Origin: Octopus sinensis
Taxonomy: Eukaryota
Length of the DNA: 64,000 nt
Assembly (NCBI RefSeq): GCF_006345805.1
Contig: NC_042997.1
Coordinates: 930,001 to 994,000, forward strand
Direction of reading: 5' to 3'
Below the pieces are notes generated by a model, which had not been told where the DNA came from, ran no database searches, and saw only the letters and a program-made list of their open reading frames with translations. Position 1 is the stretch's first letter, and each line of letters opens with the position of its first letter. Made by a program: the position numbers and the translations under genes. Shown here piece after piece: positions 25,598 to 40,917 of this stretch.

Positions 25598-26532
25598 TAC
25601 GTTTGACTTTTGCTTTATGTCTGTACAAGTTGGCTCCAAGTCTCACCCAGAGACCTCAAGAGATAACAGGCTGGAAGTTCACGTTGTTGTTATGCCTAGT
25701 GTGCCATATATTTGTTTTTTTTTTGGTGTTGTACTAGTGAATGTCTAATACATAGATTTAAAAAAAAGTTTGTTTTAAAACTTGGGATTACATAGAGAGT
25801 ATTTTGCGTAGGATATGAGCAGTTCCCATGAGCACTATCTTTTGAATTTCTGCCATTTTGGGGTTTCCTGGTATCTGAGTTAGGTAGCAATCAGCTCCTT
25901 TCGCTATCATTCCCAGAGCACCTATGACAACAGGTATTGTTTTAGTCTTCAGGTTCCACATTTTGCTGGTTTCTATTTCAAGATCTTTATATTTGCTCAG
26001 TTTTTGGTAGGTCTTGACAGATACGTTTATATCGATTGGGACAGTCATATCAATGAGGAGGCATGTTCTTTGTCTGAAGTCTTTCAATATGATGTCTGGC
26101 TTATTTGCATCTATCTTTGTCAGTTTGAATGGTGAAATTCCAGAGGAGTGAGATGTGGTCATTTTCAAGCACTGGAGGTGGATTGTGTTCCCACCAGTTT
26201 TTTTCATGGGGCAAATCCAGGTTTTTGCAAAATACCCAGTGAATATATTGTGCAGCTCTATCATGCCTGTTGAGGTACTCTGTAGGCGCTAGAAGACTGC
26301 ATTTGGAGACAACATGATCAATGGTTTCATTTTGTTGTCGGCATACACGACATGTTGGGCTACTGCCGTTCTTTAATATGTTGGCATGTTTGTAGGCATT
26401 GATCTTGAGCTGCTATGATAAACCCTTCTGTTTCAGATTTTAAGCCAGAGGCCATTAGCCATTGATGGGTCAGGGCTTTGTCAATATCTGCATTATTCGC
26501 TCTCTTTGGGTATTTGCCATAGAGAGGTTTTT
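25597..26532 (-). mobile_element. R4/Dong-like RLE non-LTR retrotransposon, 3' fragment
   Basis: RLE motif NKPDIILKD...LIDMTVP...KLSKYKDLE and terminal GTAHILRKILS. Flanked by (TAA)n and (GAA)n/(TAA)n. Confidence 0.85.
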
Positions 26533-26584
26533 CTTCTTCTTCTTCTTCTTCTTCTTTTCTTCTTCTTCTCTTCTTCTTCTTCTT

Positions 26585-26671
<87 letters not shown>

Positions 26672-27181
26672 AATAATAATAATTATAATAATATTATTAC
26701 TATAATTCTTCTTCTTCCTCTTCTTCTTCTTTTTCTTATTGTTATTATTATCGTTAAGAAGCCGACGAAATCGCAGAGTCGTTACCACGCCCTGAGAAAA
26801 TTATTAGCGACATTACGTCTCTCTTGGCGTTTCTCAGTTCAAATTTAGCCGAGTTCGAGTTTGGTTTTTATCGTTTTTGAGTCGATGAAACTAATACCAG
26901 TCGAAGACTGGGGTAGATGCAATGTCGACTAATGACCTCTCTCACATTAGAAGGTAGTCTATAGTAGAAACGAAAACTATAGTTTTTGTAGCAGTAGAAC
27001 ACAGGTTATCATTTTGTTCATTGCTTTTGTTAGCATTTTCTAATATTGGATTTCGTTATAAAGTTCATGCACTTATATGTATGTACATACAGGCATACAA
27101 ACAATCAAATCTCCTCTGTCTCATATATATATATATATATATAATATATATATATTATATATATAATATATATATATATAT

Positions 27182-27238
<57 letters not shown>

Positions 27239-27769
27239 TATATATATACATACATACATACATACATACATACATACAGAGATATGTATATATATATATA
27301 CATACACATATATATATATATGTTTACATATGCACACACATATATATATGTTTATATATGTGTGTATGTTACTATACCCAAAACTCAATTTCTTACAATT
27401 TCTTTGAAAGATGAAAAATTCTTCTCATCTTTCCAAAAATTCTCTTTCCTATTTACTGTTTTCTTCTTTATAGTTCCGTTAATTTTGGATAATTCAAAAA
27501 TACTTTGATAAAATACTGATGTATTTAAAGGGAAGCATTCGTTGAAAATTTTGCGTATCAGAGTGCCACCCAAAATGTGAAGTTCACATCATAGGAAGAA
27601 ATGAAAAAGATCCTGTAATAACCGATATATGATGTCAAACCTTATAAATATAATTTAGTAGAATTTTTTTAGACATTCAAATAGAATATATTTAGCACAT
27701 GATCGCAGTCATCATATGTATATATATATATACAAATATATATATATTTATATATATACACGCAAATAT

Positions 27770-28427
<658 letters not shown>

Positions 28428-28436
28428 TTTTTTTCT

Positions 28437-29205
28437 CTAGTTTCAGCTCAGAGCTGCGGCCATGCTGATGCACCGCCGTTTTGTGCTACACTGTCATTGC
28501 GAAGAACCTCGTCTAATATGTGGCACTTGGTGAAGAATGGAGTTTTATATAGCTACTCTCATTTGCACCTCTTGCCGTGAGGTAGGTTCATCTGGGACTC
28601 TCGACAGGGAGATGTCCAGCTTTGATTTAAAAACCGCTACATCTACTTTGTGCAAGTTCCTCAGACTCTTTGGGAAAATATTAAAAAGGTGTGGGCCCTT
28701 GAAACCCAGGCTGTTGCAGAAGCTGGTCCTGAAGCGTGATGGCATTGCTGGGATCTTTGGCACTATGCAGTGTCGTCCCGTTCTAGCATTGGTGTAGCTT
28801 ACAATGCCAAAATTTGGCACAATTTCTTCCAGGATCTTCCAGACATATATTACTGCATACCTCTCCTGTCTTCTCTCCAGGGAGTAGAGTCTTAGCTGTT
28901 TCAACCTTTGCTGTTGCAAAGAGACGATCTTCTTTGTGAATCTTCTCTGGATCGCTTCAAGGTCCGCTGTTAATTTTATACTGGCGGGTGGCCATAGCTT
29001 TGAGCAGTAATCCAGGCGGCTGAGGACGAATGTCCGCCAGAGGACCATCATGGTTTCCTTATCTCTGGTTCTGAATGTTTTTAGGATCCACCCAGCCAGT
29101 CGTCTGCACTTTGTCGCCATCATGGTAATGTGCACTTGGAAAGAGGTATCAACACTCATGTCGATACCCAGGTCCCTCACAGACTTAGGCTCTGGGATTG
29201 AAATG
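28437..29205 (-). mobile_element. 5'-truncated CR1-group LINE, related to 14830-18490
   Basis: Peptide VRDLGIDMS...ILKTFRTRDKETMMVLWRTFVLSRLDYCS...VPDEPTSRQEVQMR closely matches 17.7-18.4 kb; 3' stem-loop tail present. Confidence 0.88.
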
Positions 29206-29214
29206 ATATATATA

Positions 29215-29778
29215 TAATTAAGGGTTAAGCAACAAGTTGCATAAACACATACCGAAGATTTAGAAATAGCAGCCAAAAACAGCTTATTCCTTTTTTTACT
29301 ACAGATATTATTCCACAGATAACAATACTTGTAACTCACATAGGCAAAAGAAGAAAAATAACGAAACCAAACAGTCTTCGATCAATTGTGGACGCGTTTC
29401 TGGGTTAGAATTATACAAATTCATTCCCGTCCTCAGCACAATAATTAGATAATTTATAAATTTGAAAATGCTGCGAACCTACCCTTTGCATCCCTATCCA
29501 GAATGTATAAACACGGGATATATACTGGATTGCTTCGTGTATAAATATTTAATCTAAGGGGTACCTGCTGCAAAAGACTTCGCCTAGCAAATTATTTTAT
29601 TTGCTAGAAAAGGTCTGAAACCATTGGTCCAGGAGTTAGACGGTAAATGTTTCTATATTTTTCATTCTCTTCGAAATTTTATCCCTAATAGTGGTTTGGA
29701 AAATTTAACTGTCCTCTCAAGCGTGCAAGGAGTCCTATGATGGATGTCTGTTACATGTTTAAATGTACACTGAATTTA
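29215..29778 (-). mobile_element. (TA)n-flanked HHR-bearing element, family 3
   Basis: Short TA runs at both ends. Contains AGAAATAGCAGCC (29261-29273) and a minimal HHR; the left part resembles 1940-1990. Confidence 0.6.
29385..29442 (-). ncRNA. Minimal type I hammerhead ribozyme motif, family 3
   Basis: ATTGTG-CTGAGGA-C GGG aat GAATT tgtat AATTC taa CCC A-GAAA-CGCG-TC-CACAAT. 6-bp stem I, palindromic ACGCGT stem III, GTC triplet; C-A mismatch closes stem II. Confidence 0.72.
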
Positions 29779-29791
29779 TATATATATATAT

Positions 29792-29963
29792 AGGCACAGG
29801 AGTGGCTGTGTGGTAAGTAGCTTGCTTACCAACCACACGGTTCCGGGTTCAGTCCCACTGCCTGGCACCTTGACACCTTGGGCAAGTGTCTTCTACTATA
29901 GTCTCGGGCCGACCAAAGCCTTGTGAGTGGATTTGGTAGACGGAAACTGAAAGAAGCCCGTCG

Positions 29964-29998
<35 letters not shown>

Positions 29999-30215
29999 GT
30001 GTGTGTATGTTTGTGTGTCTGTGTTTGTCCCCCCCAACATCGCTTGACAACCGATGCTGGTGTGTTTACGTCCCCGTTACTTAGCGTTTCGGCAAAAGAG
30101 ACCGATAGAATAAGTGCTGGGCTTACAAAGAATAAATCTCGGGGTCGATTTGCTCGACTAAAGGCGGTGCTCCAGCATGGCCACAGTCAAATGACTGAAA
30201 CAAGTAAAAGAGTTA
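29792..30215 (+). mobile_element. tRNA-derived SINE, full length
   Basis: A/B-box-like head, internal (TA)/(TG) tract, tail GGCGGTGCTCCAGCATGGCCACAGTCAAATGACTGAAAC. Confidence 0.85.
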
Positions 30216-30421
30216 AAGAGTATGTATATATTAGAAAAAATAAGGTTTGCTTTATTTTTTGTAATATATAATACCTGTGTATTACCTCCAAACCATCTAA
30301 TAAATATACATATATACATATATATATATTCTTAGTTCAAATTTAGCCGGGCTCGAGTTTGCTTTTTATCGTTTTCGAGTCGATGGAACCAATACCAGTG
30401 GAGGACATACGTACATACATA

Positions 30422-30501
<80 letters not shown>

Positions 30502-30689
30502 TGCTCCAGCACGACCACAGTATAATGACTGAAACAAGTAAAAGAATACATAATTCCTTTGTGTATGTGCTTGCAAGACTCTGTGTGAATTCGTGTGTTC
30601 AAACAAATGTTGTGTCCTGGGAAATCATACTGCCTTAATATCTAATAGTCACCGGTTCAATTTCCACATGTAGTAATAGAAGATTAGAT

Positions 30690-33360
30690 AGCTCACAGAG
30701 AAAGATTAAAAGAGAGGAAATGTGGAAAATAAGACTACAAAATAAAGTGAAAACTTTAAGAACAGGTCTGAGTTGAATCAAAACCTGGAAACTGACCAAG
30801 TTAGGATACACAAGTTGCAAATGCTCCCTTGAGAAAACATACTTAGTCAAAGAGAAAGCATTTGGGAGAGTAATACAAGACTCGACACAGGGTATCATAT
30901 CAGTAGCAGATAAGGTCTCCCGATATCAGAAATGAATAGATCAGTATCAACAGAATAGATTATTTGAGACAGACCAGAGGGAATTTTATAACCAAATCAA
31001 TAGTGGGAACGAAATCCAGAAGATGAGAAACCTAATGCGGAAGAAGCTTGGAATAATATTTTGGATAAGCCAGTCAATCATACTGGAGATGCAGTTTGGT
31101 TAAAGAAAGTGAGGGAAGAAATAGTCAGTTGGAAGCAGCCAGATCTAAGATTAAGTAGTGTATGAATTAATAAAGTTAGGAAAAATGCCGAATTGGAAGG
31201 TCCCAGGACCAGATTTAATTCAAGGATACTGTCTAAAGAAATTTAGTAGTTTACATTGGAGGCTACGGGAAGAACTTCAGGTTTGCCATAATGGAGGAAC
31301 AATATCCAACTGGATGACGAAAGGGAGAACAAGACTCATTATGTAAGATAAGAGCAAGTGTAGTACAGCTAACAACTATAGACTAATAACTTGCTTACCA
31401 TTAGTGTGGAAGCTGTTAACAGGAATACTTTCGGAAAAGCATTACTGTTTACCAGAATTTACTGCCAGGAGAATAAAAAGGATGCAGAAAAAAGGCTAGA
31501 GGAACGCATGAACTATTTCTAGTAAAAGATAGAAAGAAAAATCTAACAATATCATGGATAGATTATAGGAGAGCATATGCCATGATCCCACACTCATGGA
31601 TAAGTGAATGCCTGAGTATATTCAGTATAGCAGACTACTTAAAAGAATTAATTAGGTTTTGCATGGAGAAATGGAATGTAGACCTCTAATCAGGTGACAT
31701 ACACTGAGGGAAAGTTAATATGAAATGAGGAATTTTCCAGGAATTATTAAATGTTGTCTCCTTTAATAATTGCTATATATTTGCCTCAGTTAGTATTAAG
31801 TAAGGCAAAGACAGGGTATCAGTTCAGAAAGGGTAAGGGAAAAATTAACCATTTACTCTAAATGGATGAACTGAAGCTTTTTAGTAAGGATGAAAAAGAG
31901 ATAGATTCCTTAATACAGACTGTACAACTGTTCAGTGAAGATATTAGGATGGAATTTGACATAGGTACGTGTGCAATATTAATCATGAGAGGGGAACAGG
32001 TAGTCAACAGCGAAACCATCCAAATGCCAGATGGCGAGACATTAAAATCATTGAAAGAAAGAGAGAGTTATAAGTATATAGGAATATTAGAATCTGACAG
32101 AGTACTATAGAAATGAAAACGGAATTTGAGGAGTACATCAAAAGGGTGAGGAAGCTAATGAAGTCAAATCTAGTGAAGGCTGCAAATATTTGGGCAGTAA
32201 CATTACTTAAATACTCAGCAGCTTTTAGAGGTTGGACAAAAACTGAATTAGCAAAGCTAGTCAGAAGGATTAGGAAGGAATTCAATATGAATGGAGGATT
32301 CCACACAAGGGCAGCAGGAGTAGCAATATTATACTTACATAGAAAGGAAGGCGAAAGGGGTTAATATGAGGAGAAGACTGCGTGTAGTTGGCTACAGTAG
32401 ATATAGACTCTTACATAGGTAGTAGTGAAAAAAGTTTATTAAAAGCACTAGAGTCAGAGTAAGATATAGGGAAACCAAAAACCGAAATGAAGTTAAATAC
32501 CAGAAAAAAACCACAATTATCTGACTGGCAGGAGAAGGCGTTGCCTGGTAGATTCGCAAAGATAGTTGCAGCAAATATTAGTGGTGAGACTAATATAAGA
32601 CTATGTTTGCAGAAAGGAATGATGAAAAGGGAAACAGGAATTTTGTTAGTAGCAGCATTAGATCATGCATAAAGGACTAATTGGATAAGAGCCAAGATAG
32701 ACAAAAACCAAGGAGATTTCAATGTAGTTAATGCAAATAAAAAGAGGAATGCGTTACTTATATCGTAATTGAATGTAGCATGATGGCACAAAAAGAATAC
32801 AAGAAAAGACATGACAACCTAGGGATAGTAATCCACTGAAAGTATTGCTGAAAGCTAGGGTTTGAACATACTAATAAACGGCATGAACATAAACCTAGGA
32901 AAGTACTAAAAAGTAAGAAATACAAGATGCTGTGGGACTTTAAAAACTGAGACTCAAAGGGTAATAGAAGCTAGAAAGCCTGATTTAGTAATTGTAGACA
33001 GAGACAATAGAAAGTGCCAGAAAATTGACATTACACTCCCAAATGATGAAAAAATCAATATGAGACGTATAGAAAAAAAAGAACCTAGATATTGAAGTAC
33101 AGATGCTATGGAAAATGCGGTTAAAATAAATCCCAGTAGTGATAGATGTATTGAGAATTGTCCCTAAAGATGTGATCAGATGGACAGAGGAGATAATCAT
33201 AAAACCCAGTTTAATACAGCTCCAAGGATAGCTAGGATACTGCTTTTATTAGGGACAGCTAGGATACTTAGCAGAGTTCATGGCATCTAAGGTTACTTGT
33301 TGTTGTCCAATGTTAGGATTTTTTTCTTTTCCAACAGTCTTCTATGTTGAGTGTATATGA
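30690..33360 (+). mobile_element. R4/Dong-like RLE LINE, heavily decayed
   Basis: Fragments NWKVPGPDLIQG, MDELKLF, YKYIGILE, GFHTRA...LYLHRKEGERG, RKPDLVIVD; 3' end followed by degenerate (AAT)n. Confidence 0.75.
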
Positions 33361-35744
33361 AAAATAATAACAATAATGGCAATGACAATGGCGATAATGA
33401 TGGTGACGATAATGATAATTACAATAGTAACGATAATATAATGAGAATAATAGTAATAATAATAATATCCGTTTTGTTGTCGACCTTGCAGCTCAATACG
33501 TACAATACCAATCACTACAAAGAATACGTACAATACAACACCACAAAGAACATTGGTAGGTTTCCTTCGAAGTTTCTATCAAGTGCAAACAAGTGTTCTT
33601 TGGAACAGAAAATATGTGTACCACCATTGCAATCGGTTGCCATGCTTCGAAAATTGAAGAAAAAGAGTGTAAATTTAGAACTATTGCTTGAAAAACCCAG
33701 ATTCTATATCCAGAATATAAATTTATATTTATATCAATAACAATTGGTGCACTTGGTTTTGTGACGAAATGTTAAGTGATAACCTGTATAAGCTGGGGTT
33801 TTCAGAAAGAAAAATCAAGCCGCTAACTCGCACATTACAGATGCAATCAGTAAGCGGAACAATAAAGGGATGCAAGACACTTTCTCATGTTCTCAGTGTG
33901 AAGTTATATTTGTTATCTACATTCTAAAAATGGAGCTTTGCGACTTTGTTAGAAACCATTTCTTTCCTTACCCGAAAGATTCAAATAATTAAAATTAGAC
34001 GACACGCACAGGCACACATAAACTTACACACATACATGCATACAAACATAGACACATACGCACACAAACAACACATACATACACGCACATATGCACACGC
34101 CTATATAATCAAATTCACATGTACTATAATATCTGCACACTCCAAGAATAAAGGTAGAAAAATATCATGTATGTCTTTTCGTTTCAAAAATTATAGTAGA
34201 CCAAACATATCGACACATTGTTATTATTATAGCATCTTAGACAATTTGTTTTAGTATTTTCCGTTTCTAAGATTTAACGTTGAGTCAGAAAGTACGACGA
34301 CCATGCAATTAACTATTTATGAAATTCAAGACAATTTTCTACCGTCTTGAAAGCTTCTAAAAAATATATTCCGTAGTGTTTTCACTTTCGCCGTAAATGT
34401 TATTGATATTTTTATCTCTAAACAAAATTATTATTCCTCGTATATTATTTAACTTCGTTTCAGGTTTTATCTGCCTGTTTGTTAATCTCCTTTTATACTT
34501 CTATAATTCTTCCTATAAATTTATCTATAATTCTCTTTATCATCTGAGTATTTAATTATATTTATTTTATAATCTTTATTATTTAAGAGGTATTCTAATA
34601 TTTGGTTATTTTCAATTTTATTACGCAGACATCATTTATAACTACCAGTTGTATATATGGCTTTTAACTACTTTATTGTGAACCGTCTGTTTCGAATATT
34701 TACGACAATATTTTCCTTTAATATAGCATACACAATTACCTGACACACCTTGATTTGTAATGCATATCGTACTCAGAATTAGAGCCGATGTTTACTTTGC
34801 AAAAAGAACAGTGGTATGGATATTGACTAAGCGTTTTCCCTCAAACGTCACGTTGCAGAGCTTGCTTCTATGCGTGCCAAGCTCTCTGTTGCTTATCTTT
34901 TTCTTCATAAATTGATATATCGCAGTCTAAAAATGTTTTCGTTTATTCCGAATGAAGTTAGCTTTTTTTTTTGCTTTTACGACAATAGAATAGTTGCGTT
35001 ACCTTGGAAAATAGGAAGTTTGTTGAAATCAATTGTAAATGATATCATTCATCAATATTCGTTCTCTCTATTTTCCATGACAACAGTACCTATTCGTTAC
35101 AGTTTTATCTACTAGAGTTTTGCCTCACAACATTACAGAATGACACCCTCTGCACTAGGGAGAACCAAGTGGTGCGTCCGCTACACACACACACTCAGGT
35201 ATACACAAACAAACGCACATATTCACACATACAACATATACAAGCATGCAGAAACAAGCACATATGTAAACATCCGTCATGTCTATGAATGATTAATAAT
35301 ATCCTGCATTTCTCTTGTATGAAGCGCTTGTTATCAACCCGGGAATAGAAATATCTATGAAAGACATATATCGCTTCAGTGACGAAACATCTGGAGAACA
35401 ACGTAAGAAACGACCTAGCCATGAATAACTCACAACTGAATAGCAGAACTGTTTTGGAACTTTCGTTTATCACCATAAATACAAAGCTTCTCTGTTTCTA
35501 ATGATATTATGGAACTCAAACATAGATGAAATCTAAATTCACTCTTCATAAAAAGGTAATTCCTCTCCCTGATCAATTGCTGTTCATCTAAAGTGTTTTT
35601 CTGCATTCAGGTATACTATATGTAGGTGGCATAATTAACAAGATGCGCGCACAAATTGCCGATTTAAAGAAGACCTTTCGTACAGTGGACAGATATTCAC
35701 TCAACACACGTTAAACACACTTTCCCATGCATAATCTGTGATGC

Positions 35745-37071
35745 ATATGCGCATATCATCAGCGGTCGGGTTATAAGTAGTTTCGGAGCTTTCAACAGTC
35801 GGACACCCTAAATCAGGAGATCCCACTAGGGCTGATAAATCATATATTATATCTGTTAGCATTAGCCCTGTTAACAGTGCTCGTTACAGCGCTCGCATTC
35901 CCGTTCCACAGCCAACTTGAGGCAACCTCTAATGCCTTTACAGCCAATTAGATGTTTTTTCCGCCTACAGCCACTGCGATGCTCAATATGTAGCACGTTT
36001 TGAAGAGAGTGTGGTCAGCAAATTCTCTGTAGCTGACTTCGATGGAATCACACCTTGCTTGGCGACCATTTCGTCGACATAACTACATCTTAGTGCATTT
36101 CTTTCTCTTATTCTCATTTGTCCGCCCATTCCATCGCTGTTGCAAGTGAACCAGGCAGCTGACGTCTTCACGCCAGCCTTGAGAAAGGTGATAAACTTCA
36201 TTCAGAGAAAGCATTTGCAATGGCTAATCCCACTTCGAATAGTGTTTTTTTATGAGCTTTAAGACTTGTTTATACTTTAAGTGCTAGCATCCCTCTTTCA
36301 GAGTCCCTCGTTTCAAGCACAGGAGGCATCTTGATGATTCGATCTTTCTTGAGAAAATCATGTTGAATGGGCAAAATAAGTTGTATCGTTAAAACAGGTT
36401 GAGCAAGAGATAAAAAAACACCCTAAATTAAGCATTTTCCCCACTCCAAGACGCAGGCCATGTGACTAAGCGTGCAACCTATTGGTTACATTCTAGCTAG
36501 GTTTTCAGGCGCGTAATCCCGACAGACATTTTAATCCTTCTTGAACAAATGCTGTCACCCACTACGGAACAGTAACCTCTTGTCTTCTCCTTGCACCTTG
36601 TCATGATAGCCTCCAGTGTTCTTTATTTCTATCTTCTGATCTCAATACCAATCTGAGAGAATTTAGGGTCGCAGGAATCTCGGTATTGCAACACATTCCT
36701 AGCAGGTGTTACCACAAATTCTTTCACGCTGCTGGTTTGGAATTTTAAATCAAATTTCTTTCCATGCAGAGTGATGCAACTCTGACATCTAGAAAATCCT
36801 AGCCATTTACGCACAAACTAACTAAAGTTCCTCTCAAAACCTTTTACTGCAGATATTAACACCTCATATGACAATAATGCAGCCAATAAATCTGAGAGAG
36901 GATATAATATTGTAAATTCAGGCCTTAAAATTGCCAAGTAGATCTGAGGTGTCTAAAGTAGATAGCCAGGCTTGCAATTCTTTGTGAGTTTTACGGATGA
37001 ATGACATGTTTTTCAGGCTGCTATTAAAAGCATTTTCGGAGCTTCTTCATTAACTTTCTCGGTGATTGATC

Positions 37072-37119
<48 letters not shown>

Positions 37120-37750
37120 CAACCGAGAGGTCGAACGTGTTTTTAATTCTGCTTTTATGTGGCACAAAATATCTGGCCTTGATTAGCTTGAAATGTATGC
37201 GACCAGAAGTCAACAAATCATCATGGACCTTTAGGGGCCTTCTGCCCCTCATAATTGAAGTTATTGGCGCCAATCCTCAATAAAGGCATTAATGCCGAAC
37301 ACCAGTCATATTGATTAGCCTTCTACACTGCATTCCATCGACAAACCATAACTTCCTAATTGCAAGCACGAAGGGATTACTGAAACGGTACAATCTAGTG
37401 ATAATCTCTTTTTCAAATGTACTCTGATATTTTGGAATCAACACAGACTCTTAGGCTAAAGCTTTTGTAGTAGTCCCGTATAGGACATGGTGACTATTCA
37501 GATCCTCTTGAACGAGTCTATGTTGACTCGAGGTTTAGGCGTCCGCAGAATCCAGCCTCAACGCAGATATGTCTCATCCATTCTCTTCGACATCCTTGAT
37601 CAATTGCGTGACCACAACTAAGTGTTCCATTTACTATTGGGATTCCTCCTATCTGAACTGAGATAGCGATGTAAGAATTCCTTGTGAGGTAGAATGTCAG
37701 CCTCGTAGCAACAATGCTAATGGATATCCCCCCGTCAACACATAATAATG
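35745..37750 (-). mobile_element. HERO-like RLE non-LTR retrotransposon relic
   Basis: Manual translation gives VRKWLGFSR...ARNVLQYRDSCDP, CLLCLKRGTL, ITFLKAG, ASSWLW and decayed RT-like motifs (LRLD, TGVR, VHDDLL). Clade assigned from recalled HERO motifs; boundaries approximate. Confidence 0.55.
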
Positions 37751-39107
37751 AATTTATTCTAAAGTAACTAATGGTCTTTTATCATTCCTCGTTCAGATTC
37801 GACAGCCTTGCGTAATATACTTGCTTAGAGAGACCAAAATCTAGGACATTGTAAGCTTTGCGTATTACTGATGCAGAATGCTCTCCTCTTTTGCGTAAAA
37901 TTCCATAGTGGGTATAGTGTCGTAGGTCTTGCTTCCTCTCACAAATGCTCCGACTTGAGCTATTTCTATATCCTGAAAGTGGATACATTTTTTTTAACAA
38001 ACCTATCTGATACAACAGATCTATACTCTGTAATACTCAGTAATTTGCATTACTAAAGTGATTCTAAACAGTACATTTATTCAAACATCCTCCTTAAGAT
38101 CCGCAATCATCTGGAAATTCCTGCGCAACACCATCAACCATGCATCCACGAGAAGAATAATATATTTCTCGTATAAACAATAAGTTTTCTCTCAGGAAAT
38201 TGAATATGCGTAACACAAATTTTGTTAATCTCGCAAGATGAAACCATTTCAATTCTCTAGCAAAAGAAAACAAAAAACAAAACACAAAGACAATAACAAA
38301 ATGGGAGAAAAAGAATAATTATTTCTAATACTCGCCTCATTTGCTATATATCCAACAATATCGTTAACAAACTACATAAAACTCAGTAGCATTAATGGTT
38401 TTCAATATAAGCCCTAAATGCCCCCCCCCTATTAAACACCAACCCATATAGTTTAATACAAGAACAAATGCAATTCAACAGGAAACTATTTCAAGAAACT
38501 AATAATTAGAAAGTTAAGAAAATATAATTGCTTTGTCTTCTCATAATTGTGAACGAATATGCATGAGGGAAACAACTAATTGTTAGATCGGAAATAATGT
38601 ACAGTGATTCAAATTATATTTACTGATCAATTTCTTTTAGTTACTTTTCGGTTAACCGTGTTTCAAGGTTGATCCTTGTAACGTAGTTGCTTCGATAAAT
38701 TAACCCATGCCAAATCAAAGCGTAATAACTTATTCTTTTCCGGAACCGATTTGAAACACGAGAAAAAAAGTAAAGACGATCAGTTGACTAAACAACTGGT
38801 GAAAAACAGAAAAGAAAAAAAATCGAAAATTAAACGTATACGATATGGGGTTGCGAAATGTTAAACCTATAAATATCAACAAAAATACATGTGAGACAAC
38901 GGAAAGTGTTTTATCTATCAACAGCGAAATTATTGTTAAATTATGCTAAACCAGATCAAATAAAGTCTCGTATATGTATATTAGTTTCAAATTTTGGCAC
39001 AAGGCCAGCACTAAAGTGGAGGGTCTAAGTCTATTACATTCAGTCCAGTGTTCAGCTGTACTTTTTTTATCGGTGAATAAAATAAGTCTGAGTCGATCTC
39101 GGCAGAA

Positions 39108-39375
39108 TTGACTAAGAACTACGTGTACGCCATCCCATGCAGCTGTTGTTGGTTATACAAAGGCGAAACATGCCATTCCCTCAAAATAAGGGTAGGGGAA
39201 CATTACAAAGCTGTGACACGGGGAGATATGGATAAATCGGGTATAGTTGATCATGTATGGAAAAATGGAGGCCACCTCCCCCTGTGGGATGAAATTAAAA
39301 TAATAGACAGAAAACACCACTTGAAAATATGAAAACCAAAAGAAACAACACATATGCTAGGACACAACAGGGATC
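39108..39375 (+). pseudogene. GIY-YIG endonuclease fragment, Penelope-like
   Basis: YVYAIPCSCCWLYKGETCHSLKIRVGEH...KSGIVDHVW matches the PLE pattern VY.IPC.C...Y.GET...R..EH. Confidence 0.75.
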
Positions 39376-40917
39376 TTTTCGGTTTGAACGGCAATTTTTT
39401 TCGAGCGGTGTCATATGAAATTGTCACTCATAATTATGACCCTAGAATCGATCTATTGCATTTCAATCTCTTTTAGGGTTAGGGGTGGGGGAAGGGTATC
39501 ATTTTTTTTGTTCACAAATGTAAATAAATCCAATCTGCTTCTTAAACGGGGGACATATTCATACGGTACAGAATGCTTTTTAACTCAATAGATGTCGAAC
39601 CATGCGGTTCGTAAGCAAGCTACTTACCACACAGCCACTCGTCTTACCATGTATATATGTATATATATATATATATACATTATCAACTTTGTTTTGCATA
39701 ATGCAGCAACTAAATTATAATGTACTAAATTAGAAAGTAATGAAGTAAATAATATGGAAACGAAGAGAAAATCAAAGAATATCCAAACTACAGTTTTCTT
39801 GGAATAAATATTTTATTCTGAACAACTGTGTCTGTCATGCTACTTTCATTTATGTTATTCGGATCGTTTTTTAAATATTTTCAACTTACCGGAAATTAGT
39901 GCTTCCAGCCTTTATACGTCAATGCATGTAACAAAATTACATGTAAATATACACACAGACACATAAATGACACAGCTATACACACACACATACGTAAACA
40001 CTCACGTACACACACATATATGTGTGTATGTCGTTAAGTAAATATATTTATGCACATCTTTATATGTATAATTTTCGCATTTTTTATATTTAAGGAACAA
40101 TCACGTTCATATATTACAATGTATACATGTAATATTTATGAATACATTGCAAATTCCCAAGAGCTTCATTCTATACACATCAACACGCATACATACCCAC
40201 AGAGACACGCACATATATACACGTGTGTGCGATCGCGAGCGTGTGTATGTATGTATCTAACTATATATGTATGGGTATGTATGTATGTAGATAGATTATC
40301 TACATACATACATACATACATACGAACATACATATTTATATTTATACGCACGTATTTGTTCTTCTATGCATAAATTATAACGTTTCTCGTTGGTCCAGAG
40401 AAATGGACGTGTGCATGCATGCATACATACTAAAATCGTTGAACGTATCTGCATACATGACATATTTAGTTTATTCCCACATTGGTAGGTAAGATTGGCA
40501 AATATCTCATCTTCGTGCAACAGATATAGCGGAAAGAAGGATCACAATGCATTGATCATCTCTATTTCCGTTTGAAACACAGCGGTACACGTGAATTAAG
40601 AAGTAATACGTCCATTATAGTATTGCTCAAATATAACGTTCTTCGTTAAAACATCCCACCTATAACTTCATCTATCGTTTGCACACACACAGTTAAAATC
40701 AGGCTATAGCAATAGAGCCCGAACACATAAAGCATCAAGACATCAAAATTTTGTCTTAAAAATATAAAATACTCCGAATATTTCAAATTACACAAATCTA
40801 ATTCACTGCTGTTCCAAATATTCAAAATAATTAAGAAAACAAAGAACTACTTGAAATGCTTTAATTCTATCATTATATTTGTGTTTTGAAAGATTGAATT
40901 TAAATCTCGAGTATGTA

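Noticed and set aside
35745-35770. CTGATGA followed by a palindrome (minus strand)
   Set aside because: No GAAA follows; it lies in the 3' end of the HERO-like relic.
39470-39490. TTAGGGTTAGGGG telomere-like hexamers
   Set aside because: Only two units inside an interspersed repeat; not an interstitial telomeric array.
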